From the NCBI GenBank assembly GCA_014729395.1, contig WJJZ01000010.1, positions 92,544-156,543 of the forward strand: a stretch of DNA of 64,000 bases, given 5' to 3'. This document shows, in pieces, positions 30,006 through 38,386 of this stretch; positions within the stretch are counted from its first letter, which is position 1; every line of letters starts with the position of its first letter. The stretch is from Candidatus Magasanikiibacteriota bacterium (GTDB lineage: Bacteria > Patescibacteriota > Patescibacteriia > Magasanikbacterales > UBA922). The position numbers and the translations under genes are program-made. The notes beneath the pieces are model-generated. The model did not search any database and was not told the DNA's origin. It saw only the letters and a program-made list of their open reading frames with translations.

Positions 30006-30929
30006 TTACTTAGAAACCACAACCTTTGCCGGCTTTATTACTTTTCCTTTCATCATATATCCGGCTTCCAGTTCCTTGATTACAATTCCGGATTTATATT
30101 CATCCGATTCTTCTTCTCCCACAGCCTCATGCAGCTCCGGATCAAACTCCACACCAACAGTCTCAATTTCCTCAACTTCATGAGCTTCTAAAATAACACC
30201 AAACTGCTTCATTATTTGCTCTACCCCTTGGAACCATTTCTCTTGTTCAGGGTTAAAGTCTGATGGTTGGTAGCCGATAGCCAGTTTAAAATTATTATAA
30301 ACCGGAATAAATTCTTCCAAGACCTGCAGCTCACTCATCTTTACCCAATCACTTTTTCTATCTTCAATTTCTTTTTGTAAATTTTTATAATCCGCCAGAG
30401 CCCTCTGCCAACCCTGCTTTAATTCCCTTTTTTCATCTTCACAGCTTTCACAGCCACTCTTGCTCATGTTTTCATCCTTTTTTCCACAAAAATATTTCTT
30501 AATTATCTCTTTGGTATTTATTTCCACATTTTTGCTGTTTACTGCCTCTTCAGGATCAAACCATTTGTAGCTCGTGCCTTCTGTTTTATCCAAAATAATC
30601 TCTTGATTATCACCCTTTAAGCGAGCTCTATGTTGAAAGCTTATAATATGACTCGATCCATCCTGATATTTTTCCGATTCAATAATGCTTGTGGTTGTAA
30701 GCAAGTCCAGGTCGGTAATATCCAAATTTGTTTCTTCTTTCATCTCACGGATCGCCGCCTCCTCGGGAGTTTCGCCATGCTCTATTTGACCTCCCGGAGG
30801 TATGTACAAATTTTGCCATTTTGGCGAACGTACCAAAAAAATTTGATTATTATCGTTAACTATATAGGCGACGGAAACTACTTTGGGTTTTTTCTGTTTA
30901 TTTTTACTAGGCATATTACTAGTCCTCAA
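30006..30929 (-). CDS. grpE: NUDIX hydrolase-GrpE fusion protein
   Basis: N-terminal NUDIX box (GGQIEHGETPEEAAIREMKEETNL). The C-terminal roughly 150 aa are GrpE-like (long helix, then FDPELHEAV...ESDEY..GIVIKELEAGYMMKGKVIKPAKVVV). Confidence 0.8.
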   Translation of the reverse strand: MRTSNMPSKNKQKKPKVVSVAYIVNDNNQIFLVRSPKWQNLYIPPGGQIEHGETPEEAAIREMKEETNLDITDLDLLTTTSIIESEKYQDGSSHIISFQHRARLKGDNQEIILDKTEGTSYKWFDPEEAVNSKNVEINTKEIIKKYFCGKKDENMSKSGCESCEDEKRELKQGWQRALADYKNLQKEIEDRKSDWVKMSELQVLEEFIPVYNNFKLAIGYQPSDFNPEQEKWFQGVEQIMKQFGVILEAHEVEEIETVGVEFDPELHEAVGEEESDEYKSGIVIKELEAGYMMKGKVIKPAKVVVSK

Positions 30930-31275
30930 TCTTTTTCAGTATTTTCATAATTTCATTGTAATGTTTTTCTATAACATCTTTTTGTCTAAAATTTTTAGCA
31001 AATTCAGCCAATTTATCACAAACTTTAATAATATCTTCTTTCTCGGGATTATCAAAATCAGCACCCAAGTCTTCAAATTTTTGCCTCACCATCATTTCCA
31101 CATCCAAACTCTTTATTTTATCAAACTCCTGATCGCTTTCTTTTTTATAACCATAGTCCCTCATATCTTCTAAAACCTCGTTATGTGCTTCTTTAAAACA
31201 CTCCATCACCGCATCTCTAGCCATGATTGGTGTTACCTTCTTGGATAAGTCACAACCATATATTTTATACCCCAT
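30919..31275 (-). CDS. Hypothetical protein (118 aa) between hrcA and grpE
   Basis: ORF with no recognisable motif. It lies in the same orientation and is tightly packed within the heat-shock operon. Confidence 0.5.
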   Translation of the reverse strand: MGYKIYGCDLSKKVTPIMARDAVMECFKEAHNEVLEDMRDYGYKKESDQEFDKIKSLDVEMMVRQKFEDLGADFDNPEKEDIIKVCDKLAEFAKNFRQKDVIEKHYNEIMKILKKIED

Positions 31276-31283
31276 ATATTTAA

Positions 31284-32006
31284 TTAATTATTAAAAATAC
31301 TTTGAATAAAATTTAATAAATTATAATTTCTATGATAATTCATTCGAATTGGTCCCAATACTGTCAAAATATCGTTATTTCCCAAACCGGCAATCATTGA
31401 GCTTGATACTGATCCAAAAGGACTATCACTTCCGATTAAAATTTTTACTTTTTCATTTTTAGATATACTGTATAAATCCTCAACCTTATCCTCTACTTCG
31501 TCAAAAATACTGGAAAAACTTAAAACTCTTTTATACTCACGAAATTCCGGCTGACTAAATAAATTACTCAAACCGGTATAATAAATCGAAGTTCCATCAA
31601 AAGCGATAATAACAGCACAATTACATAAATTAGCTAGATATTTGGCAATTTTCTTCTTATTTTCTTTTGTAGAATTTTTTTTATCAATCAGTTTCTTAAT
31701 TTGCGTACAGACTACATCATCCGGTTTATTTTTTTCCAAAATATTTTCAATATAATACTTATAGCCCTTTTCAGTGGGAATGCGACCGGCTGATGTATGA
31801 GGTTGAGATAAAAAACCCTCTTTTTCCATATCTCGCATCTCATTCCTCAAAGTGGCACCGCTCACACCCAAACCGCCTTTTTCAGCTAAAAATTTCGAAC
31901 CAACGGGATCTGTGTTTAATACATAGTTATCCACAATCAATTTTAGTATTTTTTCTCTACGTTTTTTCATATTATCACTCTTAACCTTCGAGTGATAATA
32001 TACCAT
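31284..32006 (-). CDS. hrcA: Heat-inducible transcription repressor HrcA (short form); true start probably the internal Met at 31970
   Basis: N-terminal wHTH (ILKLIVDNYVLNTDPVGSKFL...SGATLRNEMRDMEKEGFLSQPHTSAGRIPTEKGYKYYI) and a C-terminal ...GPIRMNYHRNY. The promoter (-35 at 32020-32025, -10 at 31997-32002) lies downstream of the first ATG. Confidence 0.8.
   Translation of the reverse strand: MVYYHSKVKSDNMKKRREKILKLIVDNYVLNTDPVGSKFLAEKGGLGVSGATLRNEMRDMEKEGFLSQPHTSAGRIPTEKGYKYYIENILEKNKPDDVVCTQIKKLIDKKNSTKENKKKIAKYLANLCNCAVIIAFDGTSIYYTGLSNLFSQPEFREYKRVLSFSSIFDEVEDKVEDLYSISKNEKVKILIGSDSPFGSVSSSMIAGLGNNDILTVLGPIRMNYHRNYNLLNFIQSIFNN
31972..31998. promoter_or_regulatory. CIRCE-like inverted repeat TTATCACTC-N9-GAGTGATAA (consensus TTAGCACTC-N9-GAGTGCTAA) overlapping the hrcA -10 and transcription start
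   Basis: 16 of 18 positions match the CIRCE consensus, with symmetric substitutions and the exact 9-nt spacer. It sits immediately after the TTGACA-17-TATATT promoter on the minus strand. Confidence 0.55.
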
Positions 32007-32081
32007 GATGAAAAAACCATGTCAACATAATTTCTAAAACCTTACCGTTTCGGGCAAGGTTTTGAAATATTTCTGTTCTAA

Positions 32082-32675
32082 TTATTTTTCAGCAGTTCTT
32101 TTATACTCCTGAATATTGGCTATTTCACTCAATAAAACGTTTTCAACATAAATACCGCGTGCATAAAAAATTCTTTCCAATTCATTTTTTAATTCCGTCT
32201 CTACCGTGTCTCTCATCGGACCAATTATTTCATCTTGGTTAAAACGACTCATCACCATCCTGATACGGCTCCTCACGGTAGGTCTGATAATCTTTGCTAC
32301 AAAATCTTCACCAATAGTCTGCCAAATGGATGGAATCTGATGAACATCCAATCGCAATAAAATAGTACCTTCCACACCTATTCTATTGCCATCTTGGGTT
32401 ACAGCCGCAATCGGTATATCCCCCATTGCCTTTTCATTCTCCATGGTAAAATTTCTGGAAATACTATATTCCAAAGTCTGAGTATTAAACAACTTCGCCT
32501 TTTGCCAAAAAGGAATCTTGAAATGCAAACCCGGGGTCAATACTTTTTTTAATACACCTCTGCCCAAATCGTATACACAAGCAACGTAACCGGGAGGGAC
32601 ATAAATAAAAAAACCCTTCAAGACATCCTCCATCACGAAAGAATACATCAGTTTGTCCAAGGATTCTGAACTCAT
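32082..32675 (-). CDS. SPFH/Band 7 (prohibitin/HflKC-like) domain protein
   Basis: Band-7 core (VPPGYVACVYDLGRGV...VLTPGLHFKIPFWQKAKLFNTQ). 197 aa. Confidence 0.7.
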   Translation of the reverse strand: MSSESLDKLMYSFVMEDVLKGFFIYVPPGYVACVYDLGRGVLKKVLTPGLHFKIPFWQKAKLFNTQTLEYSISRNFTMENEKAMGDIPIAAVTQDGNRIGVEGTILLRLDVHQIPSIWQTIGEDFVAKIIRPTVRSRIRMVMSRFNQDEIIGPMRDTVETELKNELERIFYARGIYVENVLLSEIANIQEYKRTAEK

Positions 32676-32695
32676 ATTTTTATTATTAATAATAT

Positions 32696-33433
32696 TTAGC
32701 TATTTTTTTCTTCGTTTTTATTTTTCTTTTTTTTATCACTTGAATTAGTTTTGAATATTGCTTGACTGACAATACCAATAATCAGTGAAAAAATCAATGA
32801 TGTCAATATAAATAACGCTTTTACAAGTGGTAACCACCATAAGATCAAAAAAACCGCAGTTGGAAACAGTAGAAAATAAGCCAGATCAGCTTTTGTCAAT
32901 CCATACCTTCTTTTTCTGTAATTTAAGTAAATTTCCAAAAATAACCAGATTGCAACCACTCCCGGGAAAACAATATTATGTCTTGATGCCAGATCAAAAC
33001 CATAAAAAATTGTATTTATTACACCCGGAAAATTTATTGACGGATATAAAATATTTAACAATTTTTCACCGGTAATTCCTCTTAAAAAAACTTGATACAG
33101 CAAAACCAAGACTAAACCCTGGATCCCCAAGACCACCGCTTTTGCCCAAGGTTGTACCTTTCTTTTTTTTAAAATTTTTCTTATCTCTTCTTTTTTTAAT
33201 ATCGGATCATCCCTAAACTGTTTTTCGATACTGTCTATTTCTTCAATAAGCTCCAAATTTTTTACTTTATTTCTTTCCGTTATCAAGGTAAATGGTAATA
33301 ACGCAATTCTGAGAAAAACAGTTAATAAAACAATAGCCCAACCCAAATTTTCTCCGGTCCAGTTATTGTAAAGCCAAATGAGAAAATTGAACAATGGTTG
33401 ATATAGATAATCGTGCCAGATAATTTCAAGCAT
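32696..33433 (-). CDS. yidC: Membrane protein insertase YidC (short Oxa1-type)
   Basis: Conserved GWAIVLLTVFLRIALLPFTL motif, about five TM segments and a basic C-terminal tail. 245 aa. Confidence 0.8.
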   Translation of the reverse strand: MLEIIWHDYLYQPLFNFLIWLYNNWTGENLGWAIVLLTVFLRIALLPFTLITERNKVKNLELIEEIDSIEKQFRDDPILKKEEIRKILKKRKVQPWAKAVVLGIQGLVLVLLYQVFLRGITGEKLLNILYPSINFPGVINTIFYGFDLASRHNIVFPGVVAIWLFLEIYLNYRKRRYGLTKADLAYFLLFPTAVFLILWWLPLVKALFILTSLIFSLIIGIVSQAIFKTNSSDKKKKNKNEEKNS

Positions 33434-33553
33434 ATTGGATAATTAGACAATTTGATAAACAATTCCTATGTCCAATTAGCTAATTGTCTATTTGTCTAAT
33501 TACCAAATAACCTAACCGAAGTATAACAAGAAAAAGCCATATAATCAATTAAA

Positions 33554-34798
33554 CTAATCCTGTCTTAAAGCTTCAATCGGATCAAGCTCGGCCGCTTTTT
33601 TGGCCGGATAAATACCAAACAAAATGCCTACAAAAATTGAAAAACCGACCGCCACAACAATAGACAAAATTGAGATGTTATATGCCCACTCCAAATTGTA
33701 TGACTCTGCCACTAACTTTACAGCATATGCCAATATGGCACCAAAGATAACCCCTGCCATTCCACCACCGAAAGTTAATAGAACGGCCTCAGTTAAAAAT
33801 TGCCATAAGATATCAGACTTTTTTGCACCTACCGATTTCCTCAACCCTATTTCAAAAGTCCTCTCTGCGACTGATACATACATAATGTTCATAATACCAA
33901 CCCCCCCGACAATAAGAGAAATACAAACCAATGCGACTAACAAAACCGTAACACTACCTATAATTTGACCGAATATTTCCTGAGCCTCATCCATAGTGTT
34001 AACGGCAAAATCATCTTTATTCGGATCTGTTATATCGTGCTGTTCTCTCATTATATAAATAAGATCTTCTTGAGTTTGACCCGCTAAATTCGGATCTTTT
34101 AATTTTGCAACCGCAAAAGTTAAGTAATCCACACCTAGAACACGTTTTTGCATGGTTTCCAAAGGTATATATATCATTTCATCCAAATTAAAATAAAAAG
34201 CAGAGCCTCTTTCCGCCATTACTCCTATAATCCTATATTTTTTACCTTTAATTTTGATAAATTTACCAATCGGGTCTTCTCCATCAAACAAATTTTGCCA
34301 GGTCTGAAAACCCAGTACGGCTACCTGTGAAAGACTGGATTCCTCCTCCGGAGTATAAAAACGACCAAGTTCTATATCAGTCCCGTCAACCTCGGGAGCA
34401 CTGCTGCCCGCTCCCATAATAAAATACTTTTTCAGTTTATCTTGGTATGAGACAGCTTCTTGACCTAAAATTGCACCATATATGTCGGTAATATTCTCAT
34501 GCTCGAGTATGGCGTCCAGATCATCATTTTTAAAGGTGGTTATGGTAACACCCATTGCCAAACCGGTAGCGTTTTCACTGGAAGTTTTCCCGACATTTGG
34601 TACTTTTACTTCTATTTCAATATAATCAGTCCCAAAAATTTCCAATTGAGAGTTTAACAATCTTTCCAAACCGTATCCGGCGGCAAAAACAACAATAACA
34701 GCGGCAATTCCGATGCTGATAGCCAAGATCGTCAGAACGGTTCTGGCTTTTTTTCTAAGAAGAGATTTCTTAGCTAAATGTAGATAAAGATAATCCAT
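33554..34798 (-). CDS. ABC transporter permease, FtsX/MacB-like; start trimmed to the Met at 34798 to remove a 113-nt overlap
   Basis: N-terminal TM segment, a large extracytoplasmic domain and a C-terminal FtsX three-TM bundle (ERTFEIGLRKSVGAKKSDIL). The track ORF 33554-34918 overlaps the upstream gene. Confidence 0.8.
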   Translation of the reverse strand: MDYLYLHLAKKSLLRKKARTVLTILAISIGIAAVIVVFAAGYGLERLLNSQLEIFGTDYIEIEVKVPNVGKTSSENATGLAMGVTITTFKNDDLDAILEHENITDIYGAILGQEAVSYQDKLKKYFIMGAGSSAPEVDGTDIELGRFYTPEEESSLSQVAVLGFQTWQNLFDGEDPIGKFIKIKGKKYRIIGVMAERGSAFYFNLDEMIYIPLETMQKRVLGVDYLTFAVAKLKDPNLAGQTQEDLIYIMREQHDITDPNKDDFAVNTMDEAQEIFGQIIGSVTVLLVALVCISLIVGGVGIMNIMYVSVAERTFEIGLRKSVGAKKSDILWQFLTEAVLLTFGGGMAGVIFGAILAYAVKLVAESYNLEWAYNISILSIVVAVGFSIFVGILFGIYPAKKAAELDPIEALRQD

Positions 34799-34805
34799 AA
34801 AAATT

Positions 34806-36047
34806 TTACTCGTAACGCAAGGCATCGATTGGGTCCAGCTTGCTGGCTCTCCTTGCCGGTACCAAACCAAATATAAATCCAATAATAAAAGAAATACCAA
34901 CAGAAACGATAATCGCAAATATTGATATCACAAAATCCCAATCAAAACCCAAATATTGAGCAATAATTGAAACCAAATATGATATGCCAATACCCAGTGC
35001 TACACCTATTATTCCGGCAATGGTTGTTAAAACCACCGTTTCAATTAAAAATTGCATTAATATTTGATTATTTTTCGCTCCAACCGCTTTTCTAAGACCA
35101 ATCTCTCTAATTCTTTCCTGAACAGATACCAGCATAATATTCATAATACCAATACCACCAACCAAGAGAGCCAGTCCGGCAATTGCCGCTAAAAATAACC
35201 GAATGGCATTTGTTATATTAAACAATGCTTCAAGCCCGTCCTTTTGTGATGAAACTGTAAAATCATCAAAATCACCCGGTCCGATATCATGCATTTCCCT
35301 CAAAATTATCTCTATATCCTCTATAGCTCTTTCAATATTGTTCTCATCTTCCACTTTTACACGAGCATAGCTGATATAATCTATCCCGAGAAGCAATTTT
35401 TGAGCGGTCGTTACCGGTACATAAATTTGATTATCCTGATTACTAAACCCTGAAACGCCTCTCTCTTCCATTACACCGACGATTCTAAAATTATGTTTTT
35501 CAATTTTTACCAATTGCCCAATAGGATCGACATCGGCAAATAAATTATCTTTTACATCTTGACCTATCACCGCCACTCTCTGCATTGAACCCTCGTCATC
35601 TTTTGTAAAAAAATGACCGGCCGAAACCCCGGTGTCTTCAACAATAGGAAGATCAGCAGATGCACCTATAAAAGTTGTGTCGGTTTTATTTCCCTTCCAT
35701 ACTGCGGTGGCTGTTCCTCTTACATAAGCTGAATAAGCTTCCACATGGGGTGATCTGTTCGGATCTTTAAGAGCTTTTATATCATCATACTTAAGAGTGG
35801 TAATAATAATACCCATAACCGATGCGGGCGGACCCTCTTCGTCCGTACCACCCGGCAAGATACCAATCAGATTGGACCCGACACTTCGAACTTGATTTAT
35901 TATTAAACTCTGCGCGCCCGAGCCAACCGATATTATTACAATTACTCCCATTATACCGATTACTATCCCGAGCATAGTCAAAAAAGACCTAACCTTGTTT
36001 AGGCGTATGATATTTAAAGAATTATTTATATTTTCTTTTATATCCAT
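34806..36047 (-). CDS. ABC transporter permease, FtsX/MacB-like
   Basis: Same architecture (ERIREIGLRKAVGAKNNQIL). 413 aa. Confidence 0.8.
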   Translation of the reverse strand: MDIKENINNSLNIIRLNKVRSFLTMLGIVIGIMGVIVIISVGSGAQSLIINQVRSVGSNLIGILPGGTDEEGPPASVMGIIITTLKYDDIKALKDPNRSPHVEAYSAYVRGTATAVWKGNKTDTTFIGASADLPIVEDTGVSAGHFFTKDDEGSMQRVAVIGQDVKDNLFADVDPIGQLVKIEKHNFRIVGVMEERGVSGFSNQDNQIYVPVTTAQKLLLGIDYISYARVKVEDENNIERAIEDIEIILREMHDIGPGDFDDFTVSSQKDGLEALFNITNAIRLFLAAIAGLALLVGGIGIMNIMLVSVQERIREIGLRKAVGAKNNQILMQFLIETVVLTTIAGIIGVALGIGISYLVSIIAQYLGFDWDFVISIFAIIVSVGISFIIGFIFGLVPARRASKLDPIDALRYE

Positions 36048-36143
36048 AATATATACGGATTGCGGATGGAAGTTTTTTACTGATTTATGAATTAAAAATA
36101 TGCTTTAATCACTTTTATTCTTAATCCATAATAAATTCCGGTA

Positions 36144-36881
36144 TCATTTTGTAAGCTCTCCATTAAGACTGGCGATTTGACGTTTTGTAACCTTATCATC
36201 TGACTCAATCAAACCGTCTCTGATCTTGATAATTCTTTCTGCGTGTTGGGCAGTGTACTTTTCATGTGTAACCAAAATAATTGTATGATCCTGGCTGATA
36301 TTAAGATCCTGTAAAATTCTCATTACCTGCAAACCCGACTTTGAGTCAAGATTACCGGTTGGCTCATCAGCAAAAATAACTGATGGATTATTTACCAAAG
36401 CGCGCGCGATTGCCACTCTTTGTCTTTCTCCACCGGAAAGCTGATTGGATAAATTGTTTATTCTATGACTGAGTCCTACCGCTTCAACCGCTTCTTTGGC
36501 ATACTTCAATCTTTTCGGTTTGGGCATTTTTGTATATAAAAGCGGTAATATAACATTATCTAACACAGTGGTTCGCGGCAATAAATTAAAAGACTGAAAA
36601 ACAAATCCGATCTTATTCCCACGCATATAGGCCAGTTGATCATCATTTAACTTACTCACATCTTTTCCCTCGAAATGATAACTGCCACTTGTGGCCTTAT
36701 CCAAAAAACCCAATATATGCATAAGTGTTGACTTGCCTGATCCACTGGGGCCCATTATTGCGACAAACTCACCTTTATCTATTTCAAAGTCCATTCCGTG
36801 CAAAACTTTGGTGACAACTTGGCCATTAACAAATCTTTTTGTTAAATTTTTTACTTCTATCAATTTGTCTTTTTTAGTCAT
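36144..36881 (-). CDS. ABC transporter ATP-binding protein (MacB/LolD-type)
   Basis: Walker A (GPSGSGKST), ABC signature (LSGGERQR) and Walker B ([11 protein letters not shown]). Confidence 0.9.
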   Translation of the reverse strand: MTKKDKLIEVKNLTKRFVNGQVVTKVLHGMDFEIDKGEFVAIMGPSGSGKSTLMHILGFLDKATSGSYHFEGKDVSKLNDDQLAYMRGNKIGFVFQSFNLLPRTTVLDNVILPLLYTKMPKPKRLKYAKEAVEAVGLSHRINNLSNQLSGGERQRVAIARALVNNPSVIFADEPTGNLDSKSGLQVMRILQDLNISQDHTIILVTHEKYTAQHAERIIKIRDGLIESDDKVTKRQIASLNGELTK

Positions 36882-36882
36882 A

Positions 36883-38349
36883 TTATTTTTTTATTTTTTC
36901 CCAATCTTTAGCCTTGTCCAAAAAATTTTCTTTTATTGATAAAAAATATTCATAAGCTTCTTCATGTTCATTTGGAATGCGACCATCCAGTATAGCCTCT
37001 TCTATGGCTTTTTTTATTTTTCCCACTGTAGGTCCCGGTTTAAGGCCGCAAACTTTCATTATTTCCTCTCCTCTAACCGGAGACTGAAAAGCTCTCAGTT
37101 TGTCTTTTTCAATAACCTCACCTATTCTTTTTTCCAAATAATCATAATTTTTTAATCTCTTCTTTAATTTTTTGGGATTGCCGGTAGTTATATCGCTCCT
37201 ACATAGTATTAACAAGTCATCCAAATCATCTTCCAAATTGACTATTAACCGTCTAACCGCACTATCTGTTACGCCCTCGTCCATAAGGGCAATCGGCTGT
37301 TGATGCCAGCGAACCAATTTGGCTACATACTCGGTATCACTACGGCTCATTCTTAATCTTTTGCCGATTTTTCTAACAAGTTTTCTACCCAAATGCTCGT
37401 GCATATCAAAAGTCCAGCCTCTGCCTTTGACAAACTTTTTCGTTCCGGGTTTTCCCACGTCATGCATTAACGCGGCATACCTGAGAAGTGTATTACCACT
37501 CAATTTTGCCACTTTATCCACAACTTTAAAAGTATGGCTTAAATTATTTTTATGGCTGGTACCATATACATCCTCAACCCCGTATAAATTGGCAATTTCC
37601 GGTAAAAAAACATGAAGTAATCTGGTATTATATAAAACCCATAAACCAACAGACGGTGTCTCTGCGGATAAAAGTTTAAATAATTCTTCCTGAATCCGCT
37701 CAGCCGAAATATTTTTCAATTTACGGGAATTTTTTTTCATGGATTCATAAGTGTTTCTTTCAATGTCAAATTTCAACTGAGCGCTAAATCTAGCCGCTCT
37801 AAGCATTCTTAACGGATCATCAATAAAGGTTAAACTCGGATCAAGAGGTGTTTTTATCAATTTGTTTTTAATATCTTCCAAACCATTAAAAGGATCAATC
37901 TTTTTTTTACTCAATCCGGTTGCAATAACTTTTTGAGCAATAGCGTTTATGGTAAAATCTCTTCGTGATAAGTCATTTTCGAGGTTAGCCGGAGATACTT
38001 TTGGTTTTCGTGAACCTTTCTTGTAAACTTCCGAACGAGCTCCGGCAAATTCAATTTCAATATTTTTATTTTCTTTTGTTTCATTACTGATTACATACCT
38101 GGCTGTATCAAAATCCGGAAATTCAATCAATGTACCCTCCTCGTCCTTTTTAAATCCATAAGAATCTTTCATTTTAATATCAAAAAAACGAGCAAACTCG
38201 AGACCGCTGCCTATTACAACAAAATCAATATCTTTAATTGACTTTTTTTTTAATACCTTGTCCCTAACATAACCACCAACCGCATAGACTTCTGTCTTTT
38301 TATCTTTGGAAACACGGTATATAATTTTTAGTATTTTATTTATATTCAT
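36883..38349 (-). CDS. cca: CCA-adding enzyme (tRNA nucleotidyltransferase with HD domain)
   Basis: Pol-beta NTase head (VYAVGGYVRDKVL...DIDFVV) and an HD motif (AALMHDVGKP). 488 aa. Its stop abuts the ABC ATPase start. Confidence 0.85.
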   Translation of the reverse strand: MNINKILKIIYRVSKDKKTEVYAVGGYVRDKVLKKKSIKDIDFVVIGSGLEFARFFDIKMKDSYGFKKDEEGTLIEFPDFDTARYVISNETKENKNIEIEFAGARSEVYKKGSRKPKVSPANLENDLSRRDFTINAIAQKVIATGLSKKKIDPFNGLEDIKNKLIKTPLDPSLTFIDDPLRMLRAARFSAQLKFDIERNTYESMKKNSRKLKNISAERIQEELFKLLSAETPSVGLWVLYNTRLLHVFLPEIANLYGVEDVYGTSHKNNLSHTFKVVDKVAKLSGNTLLRYAALMHDVGKPGTKKFVKGRGWTFDMHEHLGRKLVRKIGKRLRMSRSDTEYVAKLVRWHQQPIALMDEGVTDSAVRRLIVNLEDDLDDLLILCRSDITTGNPKKLKKRLKNYDYLEKRIGEVIEKDKLRAFQSPVRGEEIMKVCGLKPGPTVGKIKKAIEEAILDGRIPNEHEEAYEYFLSIKENFLDKAKDWEKIKK

Positions 38350-38386
38350 TATATTTATCCGCTAACAAGCTGATGCATTCAGTTTA

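Noticed and set aside
33554-34918. Track ORF for the second FtsX permease, overlapping the upstream permease by 113 nt.
   Set aside because: The first 40 codons have no membrane-protein character. The Met at 34798 (MDYLYLHLAKKSLLRKKARTVLTI...) matches the N-terminus of the paralogous permease, so the start was trimmed.
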